64,000 bases of DNA from Tubiluchus corallicola (lineage: Eukaryota; Animalia; Priapulida). Position 1 is the stretch's first letter. Each line of letters opens with the position of its first letter. The position numbers and the translations under genes are program-made. Below the pieces are notes generated by a model. The model was given only the letters and a program-made list of their open reading frames with translations, did not search any database and was not told where the DNA came from. Location: assembly GCA_030141605.1 (NCBI GenBank), contig JAQGDQ010000015.1, positions 310,001 through 374,000 on the forward strand, written 5' to 3'. Of the stretch, positions 1 through 12,300 are shown piece after piece.

Positions 1-467
1 CACAAGGGGAGAATATATCTATTAGAATATACTATAATGGACCTATAACTTTCGATGATAGTAAAATATATCGCTTTTGCAGAATTTGATGAAAACATGT
101 TAATGAGCGAAATGACAATCGTTTCTATCAGCTGCCTACCTATCCGACCCAAGGTCAAATACTGTAATGTAGTAATAACAGCTTTATTTTTAGCCCAGTT
201 GTGTACGACAGTATCACAACAAGCTGTGGGTACACTCTGCTACATCATCAGCAGAGCTGCGCTAGTTCAATGTCTTCACCGGGAGAGGTAAGTGTAAGTG
301 CAGCTCTGTGGCATTTCCCGTGAGATACAAAAAAGTTAATTACTCATTAACTAGACAATGTACTGATAAAAAAATTTCACCAAGTTGTTCACTGGGAAGG
401 CAACTATAAAACAAGTTGAACTTGATTTTCATGATATTCCTTCTTTAAGCTTATGTAGCTTACCTAA

Positions 468-985
468 TGATTATTATTATTATTACATAAAATTTATGGA
501 GCACCCCAAAACTCTAAAAATACTCAGTTGTGCTTTACAAACAAAGATCCTACAAAGCGTAAAATAAATCATACAACTATATGCACTATAAAGGAAAGCC
601 TTAAAAATTTAAGTAAAAAAAATCAATATAAAATCTAGTTAGCATAAGCAAAACTAATATCTAATTCAATTCCCATACTCTAGTTTAAAAAGATGCGTCT
701 TGAGCAATTTTTTAAATGTTGTTATATTATCACAACTTCTAATATTCAGTGGAAGGCTGTTCCAAACAGTTGGAGCAGCATGGGAAAAGGCACGCGTACC
801 TAAAGTTTTTGCTTGTGTCCTAGGCACAACAAGTAGATTTTTATTGCCAGATCTTAAGTTTCTGGATGGTGTACAAACGCTAATCGGTTCCACAAGATAG
901 CACAGAGTTTGACCAAGTAAACATTTAAATGCCAGCACAGCAATTTTGAATTTGGTTCTAGACTGCACCGGAAACCAGTCTATGG
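468..985 (-). mobile_element. 3' fragment of an L2-clade (CR1/L2 group) LINE: ORF2 C-terminus, 3' UTR and (TAA)n tail
   Basis: ORF 666-968(-) reads FKIAVLAFKCL...PSRNLRS..LLVVP...GTRAFSHAAPTVWNSLPLNIR..FKKLLKTHLF, typical of L2 ORF2 C-termini. It is followed on the minus strand by a TTGTAAAGCAC...ATAAAT 3' UTR and a (TAA)n tail at ~468-485. Confidence 0.85.
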
Positions 986-1680
986 CACGTAAAAGTTATC
1001 ACAAAATTAGCTTTCTAAATTTTTGAAACTGTATCTAATAAAGGTATATCTGATAAAGATGCATCTAATTTTTTGTAAAAACTTACTATACTTTTCATAG
1101 AAGTTGACAGTCCACTGCTTTTCTTCGGTCGATGAATGACATCATTGGTGGACAAATGGGTGTTCAAAATGGGAACATCCAAGCATGAAATGATTGCAAC
1201 TTTAAAATGATTTACTAATTACGCAAGGCGCATATCTCACTTTTATTACTATATCCTTCCAACATGTTTCGCGAACACTGAAATTCATTTAACATTTACG
1301 ATAATAAACGCACATTAATCAAAGTAACTTACAGTTGTACTGTATTCACCTATGTAATGTGCTTTTGACGTATTCTATGTACAATATTGCATGCTATGAA
1401 TGTAGTAGAAGAAAACAGTGTAACTTAGTTCATAAACTTAGTTTACTAATGCCTTAACTGCTGTAAATGAAGGAAAAATACAACAAATGGAAAGTAATCA
1501 AGTTTTGCTTGTGACAGATAAATTAAAAATAAAATGGTGATAATGATGTCACCAATGATGCTGTTGATGATGATGATGACGACTACGATGATCATGCATC
1601 AAGATCAACGACCAAAACCAACTAAGTAGTTTTAATGCTGTAAATTTTTAAAAAGATTGGCTGTATTTTTTGTCACTTAG

Positions 1681-4600
1681 ATACCTGTTGTTGCTGATTT
1701 GCCAGTTGGGCAAAATTTGAAAGATCACGTGGGTGGTTATTATCCTCTGTATGCTATTGAAAAGCCTGTTGGACCCACACCTGATGAAGTGCATTCTTGG
1801 TGGAATCAATTAAAATGGAAGATGTTTGGAACAGGTATGGCTAAAGCTAGAATGTTGATGAATTAGTGATCCACATGATATCTACTGCAAAGCCATTTTT
1901 GTGTTTCCATGATTTGCTGTCACTGAACTCTGCACTAACTACTTTTTTTCTTGTTTAGGACCTCTCAAAGCATCTGGCTGTGATGGCATTGCTTATTTTA
2001 AAACTGAAAGTGGAAACTCACATCCAGGTATGCCTGATGCTCAGTGTCACTTCGTCACGATGGCACCTCAGGTCCAGAAAAACAACTTTTTTGCTGACAT
2101 ATTTTTAGGTCAGTCAGAGGAGGTAAGCATTAATGATCTGTTTTAATTTTGAGAATTTTCTGACATGCATTTCTTAAGGCAAATGCCAGAAAGACACATA
2201 ACTGATACAGATAACTGAAGACAGGTATACATATATACTCTATGTATCTAATTTTTCAGTTTAAGAAGAAATACGACTATGATGCCATTGCTGGTCGCCG
2301 CATGTTCACTTGGCATTGCTGTGTATTAAAGCCAAAGAGTACAGGAGAATTGCGGCTTTGGTCAGCAGATCCGTTAGATCCGCCCATCATTGATCCAAAA
2401 TATTATGAAGACGAAAGAGATCTTAAAGTAGTCGTAGAAGGTATATTGCTCTAAATGGTGTTTAGTCGATAGCATTCTGCAAGCTCTATGTCCCCAAACA
2501 GTCCTCATAAACATGTAGGCCTACATAAAATTATATCGCAAACCCTTACTGTTGTTTAGAGAACTTCTTAGAGTGCTTTATACATTGCCTTATAATGAAG
2601 CAGAAAGCTACAGTTTATGGTCAGGGATCATTACTACTGTGGTTATAATTGCTTTTCAAGTAGGAAGTTGCTATAAGTGTAGATTTTTCAGTCACTTCAT
2701 GCTTGGACTAATTTTCACAGTCCGCCAAGCGTTGTTTATTTCCCTACACTGATAGGGCAGCATACTCGATTAGAATGATTTCCTTCTCGAAGGTTGTACA
2801 TTGATTCCACAAAATTCATAGCAAAGTATATGAAAGTTTGTCTATCTATTTCTGCCAGCGTGTAGAATAATCAGCACAAAAACAGGACAATAACAAGACA
2901 TTTTCTTACAACCAATCTGATTGGTCAGTGACTATCTCCTTGGCTGGTAACAGTGACAACATACTGAGTATGTAGAAAAATCATAACACGTTTGTGCAAC
3001 TAAATTACAAGGCTAAATAGTGCCCCGATGAAAATTATCTGTTAATGGTTATCAGGATATACAAAAATTATATATGCATGGAAACTTTGTTATTCACGGT
3101 TAAGCAGTTATAGAAGAATTTTTTGCTTTGCCTCTAGGGGCACTATATATATATATAGTGCCCCATCAATATATATATATGGATGTATAACGGACGAGGC
3201 TACAGCTCCGACACCGGCACCACTCTCGACGATCTATATGTCAAATGAAAGGTCTTCACCCAATAGGTTCGCACCTGGGGGTTTATTTTTCGAATCGGGC
3301 CCATCGAGACAAATGGGGCAACGATAAACCTCCAAAAATGGCCATTTTTCGGCCGTTTTTTGCCAAAAATTGCAAAACTTATACCTGTTATTTCTGGAAA
3401 ATGGGAATGAGCCAAGGGTGGTGCTGGCTATGGATAAATAGCCCATTCAACGTTGGGTGTAGTAGGTGTATTTAGAATTTGCGAGAGGACCATGGCGTCC
3501 TGTAACGGACATTTTCCCAGACACACCTCTCGATTATTTTCGAAATTTTGGCCAAACAGCCTGTGGAAAAACGTTTCTAGTGGCACTTAGCGTGACCCCA
3601 GGAAGGAGATATGTGGCTCTTTAGAAAGAGGAAAAACAGGGCTACACGCTTATGTCGGCTATATTTTAGGATACGTCCACCAAGAGGAGTGATGATGAAT
3701 TATTAGATGTTCCATTTTTGGCAATTTTCGCTCGGAAAACTGCTGACACAAAGCCATTGTTCTGATATCATCCATTATGCTCTCCTTATAACCTTAACTT
3801 TAATTCAGTAAAAGCTGCTACTGGCTTTGCGTTATAAATGAGGACTATGTAGGGTGTAATTATTGATTGTAAGTGTATTTATATGCAAAATTTTTTGCGG
3901 GGCCTTTGTTAATGTGTATATTAATAAACACCAAGCTTTGAAAATTGCAAAAAAGAAGTTACTATGTCTACAAAAGGCTATCAGTGCTGTAATATCATAC
4001 AAATATCATCATTCAAATAAATGATCAGAACTGCTTCCTAATTTCGAAATTACCAAATAATAGATTTTTTAGGATATACACTCACTTATGATCTGCTTGA
4101 GCCGTTCTCTATTTAAAATTATGTTTACATTAATTTAGCTTTAAAGTTCACCATTAAAATGTCGGAGTCAAATGCAATGAAGGCAATGGGAGCCAAGCGT
4201 CATACAAAGAAATGCCCCGGCTGTGAACACTTATGGGAGAATGAGGACAAGTATCTAGAATGTGTTGCTCGCACCATAACTGCAACATTGTATCATCCCA
4301 CCACAACCTGTAAAATGGGAGCTACAGAAGATCGAACTACTGTGGTGGATCCACAGCTAAGGTACTCTGTTTCTTAACTAGCACTGATACTTTGTTTTAT
4401 AATTAGTTATTATTTCAGTTAAGTTTAATGAATATATGTTTTACATTACACCATTATAAATTTCACATCTTTCTCATGAGCAGAGTTTATTTCATTGGAT
4501 TGTTGAGCAAATACACTGTATGCAAATCTCCTTCCTCTTAAGCCTATTTATGTATTACAGTAGAATACTACAATTTAACAGATTTAGCTCTCTGTATTTT

Positions 4601-5106
4601 TGCAGAGCTCTATCAAAAAAGTTTATGCAGCAAGACCAATACACATTCGTGCTAATTAGTTTGTTATGCAAACATTTAATTTGAAATGCCGGTGTTTGCA
4701 TTGCATGTGTTAATCATTAACTGGAGCACTTTGAAAGCAGTGCTCATTTAGAAATGTAGCAGTGAAGTAGTTTTTTCAGATCTTTCATCTAATGCAACCA
4801 AAAGAATTCTAAAAACTTTTAGTTCATGTGTGCCTATTTTTGAGACAGTTCACATTATTCATTTAAAAAATAATAATAAAAACAAAAAATAAATGTGAAT
4901 AGTGTCTTAAGACACCTTGCATGTTAATATTGATATAACAACTACAAATAACTTTTCTGTTTAACATTTTTAGGGTACACAAATTGAAAGGGATCAGAGT
5001 TGCTGATGCCTCGATAATGCCAGATGTTATTGCAGGAAACACTCATGCACCAACTATAATGATTGCAGAAAAGGCAGCTGATATGATAAAAGGAATTGTT
5101 GATTAG
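1681..5106 (+). CDS. GMC oxidoreductase (glucose/choline dehydrogenase-like), last 5 exons; 5' part is outside the window
   Basis: GT-AG exons in continuous frame: 1681-1834, 1959-2122, 2260-2440, 4139-4361, 4974-5106 (TAG). Motifs: [50 protein letters not shown] (catalytic His), [39 protein letters not shown] (catalytic Asn). AATAAA at 5765-5770. Confidence 0.93.
3168..3913 (+). mobile_element. Dispersed copy of a non-autonomous Helitron-like repeat in a GMC intron
   Basis: Colinear with the units at 22270-23027 (GGCTACAGCTCC, GGGGTTTATTTTTCGAATCGGGCCCA, GGCTCTTTAGAAAGAGG, GCAAAATTTTTTGCGGGGCCTTTG). The terminal CTAG is decayed to TTAA here. Confidence 0.75.
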
Positions 5107-5319
5107 GCCTACACAAAACTTGTCTTGGTTACTGCTTGGTATACCTGTTTCGAATCTGTCGCTTACTCAATTTACAAGGTGCCTCAATCAGTAAACGTTT
5201 CTCACTGTGGACTAGTATTGACAAGACTGTTTATAAATTTATAATACACAAAATATGGTGAATTTCAGAGAGTTTAATTTCATACAGCATATATCTGTCT
5301 CTTAAAACTAAACTACAGC

Positions 5320-5664
5320 CAGGGCTGGTTTGTGATATTTAGGGGCCTCTAGGCTAATGAAATTATAGAGGTCCTCTCAGAAGGAACCACCCTCTAAAAC
5401 ACCCCACCCGTCTTGAATATTCATTTTTTATTCATGGTATATTTTAGCAACATTTATGATGCAAACTTATTGCAAATTCCTTATAATTGTCTCTCTATAA
5501 AACTATTCATTAAGATATACCACTATTTTACTATTCATGTAAACCAAATTAGCACAGATTTCATCAGTGAAAATAGTGTACCAAACAGATTACCAAAGCT
5601 TGAGGAACCCCAAAACTTGAGGGGCATTAAGCCGCAGGCTAGCCTAGAGGATAATCCGACCCTG
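5320..5664. mobile_element. hAT-type MITE in the GMC 3' UTR
   Basis: Imperfect TIRs CAGGGCTGGTTT ... AATCCGACCCTG. The 8-bp target-site duplication ACTACAGC (5312-5319) / ACTACAGT (5665-5672) matches at 7/8; 8-bp TSDs are characteristic of hAT. Confidence 0.8.
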
Positions 5665-6308
5665 ACTACAGTAATGATAGTTGTAAGAATGTTCTTGTCT
5701 GGTCACTACTGGATACTTACAAATTATTTGAAAATTAATAATTTATATTTACAATTTTTTTATGAATAAATGATTGTAATTAGTTAATCATTGTAATTTT
5801 CATAATATTGTACATTTGTTTAGTGAAGCCTGTACCTATAAATCAAATTTGGAAATCTACTATAGTATGTACATTAAGATGTACAGAGGCAATTTTTGTA
5901 ACAACTGAATTGTGAAAATCTATACAGAAATAACAAAAATGAATGGAATTTATTTTTCAGTCATATTTACAACTGCTCAACAATCATTGCTGAAGAGCTA
6001 ATGCATGATAATAACAAAAGCACAACACATGTTAATGACACAAGGGTAGCACTTATATGCATCAAAAAAATAATGCTTTGATAGTTAAAAGAAAAAATTC
6101 AAATCTCAAATTTTTCCTTATTAGTTGCGTCACTGTAAACAAATGCTTTGGAACACTTTTAGTTCATTCATATAAAATGATATATAAATATTGTACAGGC
6201 AGCTTCTCTTCTGTACATTGTTCTTGGTACAACAGCTGAACACAAGCCATTGAATCATAGCGAGATTGTTGCAATTAGAATTGACAAAGTGAACTTCAGC
6301 CGATGTAT

Positions 6309-9300
6309 TCAAGAACGTCGATGACAACGCAGCATGTGATGCATCAGATGAGATTTGTAGGCAAAAGGCAACTTGCATCCATCCTTCTAAAACAGAAAAA
6401 CTAAAATGGTTACAAGTGAAAGGGGCCGAATAATGTTCACTTAAGCCAACTAATAATATGCCTAAAGTTAGCGTGGAAATCATCAGCAGGGCTTTTGCTA
6501 ATACTGTCTCGACTAGTTACTATTAGTAGATGAGACAACCGATTAATTTTGGAAGTGTAACTCCCAAACTGGATACTCAGAATAACATAAACACATCCAC
6601 AGTTATAGGTGAACTTACAAAAGAAAGGGCCATTGAAGGCAAATGACTTCATCATGATTTATGGCTATTTAGCATGCAAAACTACCTCTATTTAAAACAC
6701 AGGCAAATTATGAAAAACAGTGATAAACTTGCAGCCATCTCAGGTAACCATTTCTACCTATAAATCAAATTGCAAGCTAACAACTAGACACTTCGTCCAG
6801 ATGGACTGCTGTTATAGCAACAAACTGCATAAAAACACCACTGTATAAAAGTTAATAACTTGTATGGTCTTTGGCTCAATAGTATCTTTGAGCGTTTGCT
6901 TTTCTATCACAAAGTTAAAGGAACAATCATAGAGTAAGACTGATATAGCATAAGCTAGTCGATATTTGCACATCTGTGAGTTTGTCTTGCAAGTGGGGCA
7001 CTGTCATTGATCACGCAGGCACGGGCAGTAGCTTATAATAATGTCACAGATACATAAGGCATGAGGATATTGAGCAAATGGTGTCAGCCTTTTAAATTAC
7101 ACCACTAATTGACTACATCACATTATTTCTAAAAATCTCCCAGTAATGAAGTTTTTTTTGGTAATAAGATAACCAAATTGATAACCAAGTTTATTAATAA
7201 CAATTTTTTGACTACTAAGGAGACAAACTAATGCGTTTGATACCTTCCGGATCACAAAAAATGAATTACCCTAAGGATACTCAGAATAACATAAACCTAT
7301 CATTTAAAAAGTCATAAGCTAGGCCTGAATTTAAATCAGGCACCATTTGCAGGTATTTGACATTGGCCTCTTAAGTACAATATAAGAGCTACAGGTTTAT
7401 AGAAGCTTAAGCAGCATTTTCTGTAACCTTGAACAATATAATATTATGTGATACAACAATTTTTTTGCAACTTTGAACAGCATGTGTAGCACGAATATTT
7501 ATTGTTGATTAAATTAACTTGGATGCAGTCATTTCGTATCTCCTACCATGAAACCACATGCTACGAGAACTTAAACTAAAGAAAAAGGAGAAAATTGATT
7601 ACCTTGCATGTGAAAGAAGTGCTGTTAGAGATTGGTATACTTTCCACTTTCCCTGTCCGATTGCCGCTTATAAGCTAGAATCATACAAAAGAAAACTTAA
7701 GATTCGGTATAGTTAGTGGATGGGATTATTTGGAACACACTGTAGGCAGGCAAAAATATTTGGTTTTCGGATGCTAAATGGCCTTGACACTAAAGAAAAA
7801 GCTATTTTTTCTGCTAACCATATATAATTTATTCCTAGGCAGTGTGTATTACCAGCAATTACCAACAAGGTAAAATCTGCTACTCATTTAGCATCATACA
7901 ACAGAAGATAAACCTGTAAGAGTACTGCTGCACTGCAAAACCAAAATTTTGTGTGCGAATTTAAGACAAATTCCATTGTTTTTAAACTGCAGAAGTAAAC
8001 TGTATAGTATTTCTATTTTGGCAAATTTAGAAGAATCACTTAGTTCTCCTAAATTTATTTATCCTTGCAAAATTTCTTTGTACATTTTATTTCCAGAATA
8101 CAACTCCATAAATTCCTGTAATTTAAAAGTTTTTAGAACAGTAACACAAATAGCATTGGTTCCTAATAAATATTAAGATAATGACTAGCTATACTAGGCT
8201 GGAGGGGGTAGGCAAGGAACTTAAAATTAATTTTCACTAGCTATCAAAAATTGGCAAATTAATTAAAATAAAAATACCTGTTAGGTTTCCTCACTCAACC
8301 ACCCACCCAAATCAAAACAGAGCTTTCAACTTTGACCTATTAGGCTGATAATTTACGGTGGTGTTTATGATAACAAATGCAGGTTTACCTTATTTCCATG
8401 AACGTAAACAGACATCACAATGTCGTAACTTGCACCATAGTAAACATTTAACAGCTTGCCAGTCTGCAAATAAAAACAAAAGTTGTAAAATAATCATAAA
8501 GTTACAAAAAGTAGCAAATCTAGTCATGTTTTTGTTTGATCAGTAAACAAAATTATGTTTGCTTTGTTAGTTACATTAAAAGACGGTACTGCATTTTTGT
8601 AATTATGACACAGAACTGCTATGTTTTTCCCATAAAGTCGTGACATCAAAGCCATCATCCTTTATGCAGCTACATTAAAACCTTAGCAAACAAACCCATA
8701 TGAGTAATTAGAAAAATTATAAATATAGCATCAGTTATGCTGTGGGTCCCCCTGACCAAATATTCATCCAAATTTGGTTCACAAATTTTCATAAACAATA
8801 AAGATATGCAGAACTTTCCCAGTAATGTTTCTTAAGTCAAACGGTATGACCAAATTTCTTACAACTAGTGTTTTTTGGCCACATTCGGCAATTTTTACTT
8901 TTGTACCAAAGGCATTGAATGCCATTACCCAAAAATGTGCACCCATCGTCTAACATCTACACTTGACATTCTGGGGGACAAAACCAGCTTTAAGACACTA
9001 TATAGTTGCAATTTTTCGAATCCTGTATCACCCCTCTCTAAGGGTCTGGGGCACAGATAAAATATTTTTGTCATAGCTAGGTTGCCAGTAAGTGACAGGT
9101 CACTGTGATTCCTCACATTGAGCTGACACAGATTCTCCCACTATATTTACCACACTGGATCCTTCCTCCCTCCCTTCTAGGGGAGAAAGAGTCAGTACAA
9201 GCCATTACCCAAAAGTTGTCACAAATCACCTAACATCTACACTCGACCGTCTGCGAGGCAAAATTTGCCTTTATAAGGCCATGTTTCCACTGCACCTGCA

Positions 9301-12300
9301 CAGACACAGACTTTTTCTGTGTGACTCGCACGGAAATAACTGGAACAACAGCATGCCACTGAAAACTGTTGTCTTCCGTGTTTGTCAGTTCTACTGCGTC
9401 CGGCATTTTTTGTGCAGACGGAGAAGTTCATTTTCGTAATGGAGGACGAACATACCATACACGATATACAAATTAGACCATTTCTGTATGACAAAAGAAG
9501 TCTGAAATACCGACAAAAGAAATCCACAGAGATTTTACAAGGCAACAATTGGTCGAAGTAGGCTTTGAAGTTAATGCTGAAGGTAGAATATGCGCATGTA
9601 TATTTAGTTGTTGTTCTTAACTTAACGTGTCTGTAAATTTAAGCCTGATTTCGTGATTATACTGTGCATGCATTTTTTTTAAATCTGTAGTATGTATATA
9701 TTTACACCCGTTATTGCCACAGTATTTTGACTTTGTCCCGTTGCATAGTTGTGCTGTTACAGCGGAGAAAATTATAAGCTTCAAAACATTGTTAGCCTTA
9801 TAATAAAAGCTATTTTTTATTTAAAGTGAATACAACTAGTGGTTTCAAATTCCACTGGAAAACACACTGTAACGTTTGCAGCATATGGGCACATAAAATC
9901 AAAAGATACTGTAATAGACAAGTAATAAGAAGATGAAGAGGTTTAGTAGATATTTCTAAAGCTTTGCACAAAATTTCATTGAAACTGCAACTGTTTGCCT
10001 TCATCACCAAGTGAAAAATAGTAAGTTAAAGCCGACTAACACTTTGGTGCTGTCAGGGCACTGAGCCAGCAGGAGAAATAAAGAAAGAAGAAAAACAAGA
10101 AATAAAAAAATAAATATTCAAATACTGATTGTATCCAAATATGATGCTGTCGCTTCCTGTATTGCGTACTTACCTTTTTTATTAACCACCACAGCAAAAC
10201 AAAAACTTCTTTCTTCTAGGAAGTCTCCTGTCCAGAATTTCACGCTAAAATTTTGGCCTATTTATGACATGTTGTACGAAATGCTGACGTAAAATGTCCG
10301 TCTCCGTGCAGACGGAGTGGAAATGTGGCTAAATACTATAATTGCGATTGTTCAAATCTTGAATCTGCCCTCCCTCTGAGGGAGAGAAAAATATTTTTGT
10401 CAATAGGTGATACAGAGTGACAACATGTGACAGGTCAGTCCAATTCCTTGTGCAAAACTGATATCATTTTCCCCTGCTCTGCATATGCTCTCACGATCTT
10501 TAATTTTAGGCATTATCTTGTCCCAAAGTTATCCCATACAAAAAATCTCAAGGCTACCCAAGTGTTTCATGTATAAACAACTGGCTTAAACTCACATTGC
10601 GGAATATGGATTTTGCATTTGCTCAGCTCATTTTAACTGTTGTACAAATTTCGAGATTCCCCGATTAAATGGACAACCGCGCAAGAATTTTTGAAATACG
10701 TTGTACAATGTACCTGATCATAAGAACACATTTCAATTGTGAAATGGGTCACTTGTCACATGGCACACATTCATGAAATCTTTGAGGCAAACATGGAAAT
10801 TAAATTTCCTTTAACTTAAAATTTGCCAAGTTGGTGTGAATCATCAATGCGTACAGTAGGACTGTATCTCAAATTTCATTTCATTTATCTAAACACGTGC
10901 ACCAGGCTCATGGAATGTTTGCTTTGCCAGCCATTGATTAAATTTCCAATATTTAATTGTTTACCTAATATTTAATTATCAGGAACAATTTGGCATTATT
11001 ATGGGTTCTAAATGTATACTTTTACAGTACCTCAAAATGGGATAAGATCTGAAAATTGTTGCATTTTGCTTTAGAAAGTCTGTTTGCATTAATACCATTG
11101 TTATCACAATTTGATAATAATAAAGATATTAATATTAATTCAACTCTTTTCGCTCACATTTCCTGCTCAATGGATATCATAGCTCGAAATTTTAATTACA
11201 TTTATATTATGACAGCATATATATCCTTGCGATCGTTCTTCCGCATCTGTACAGCCTTGTATCCCACATGACCATATCATATTGTCTTCTACAAAGAGTT
11301 TGCTTGACAAGCCAATTCGGTCTTTTATAGTAGACACTAGCTTGCCAGTCTGGAAAAGACAAAAGTTATCATTAGCTAAAAAAATAACAGCTATACCAAT
11401 AAACTTTAGTAAATCATTATAAAAGCACTCTGTATAAACATTTGTATAATTTTATTATTATTTTCACCTTGCAAGGCGACCACATAAAAAATTACAAGAT
11501 CAGAAAGCAAATACTAAAAACTTCCAGAAAATTATGCTAGCAAAGCAATATAATAAACTTACACAAATTTCATGCACCAGTAAAACATTATCTTCACCAG
11601 TAGCATCTATCGATGTACTGTACGCTAAAGCGCCCGATATTTGCACAGATGATGGCGCTACTTCATGGCCCGTGAGAACACGCAAAAACAATCCTGTCTC
11701 TGCATCTCTCACCATTACAGATTTTTCAGTTGATAAAACTAACAGTAGGTGCCGAACGCCCTCTCTCGCCATTGTCAAAGCCTTAATCACACCAGTTGTA
11801 CAGCTCCAATTTGCAATCACATTATACACCTAACACAACATATATAACAACTACTATTGAATATATCCAAAATAATAAACCAATGAACAGGCACAATAAC
11901 AACTTTATTAAAGCACTAAAAGCAAAGCATACAAATTTCAAACACTGCAACTGCAACAGCTTTAATCATATATATATATATGATTAAATTTTTTATTGCA
12001 AAAGATACGTGTTACACCTTTTGAGAAAACTGCTAAACAACCTGTAATAATGAAGTGACCACTCATATGGTGTATAGATGTTATGCTAAAGCAGGTTGTG
12101 AAAAATGTTTTCTAATGAAGGGCACTTGTTATACAAATTAACATTCTGCTCTTTTAAATTATGGTAGTATGTTTTAATGTTGCTACCTTTTCCACGTTTA
12201 TTTTATCTCATCTTACTCTATAATATTTATTCATGTTGTCTGGCAGTTTATAATGACCTTGACATTAATTATACCTTCGTCTTCATGCAGACAATATTTC

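Noticed and set aside
194-287. Exon-like segment ending GAG|GTAAGT as an upstream GMC exon
   Set aside because: The translation shows no GMC similarity (an SGIGP-type motif is expected before IPVVADLP).
10630-10865. TACTGTA...TACAGTA-type MITE relics (also ~7920-8090, ~40697-40850, ~57130-57310)
   Set aside because: Too decayed to define TIRs or boundaries by eye.
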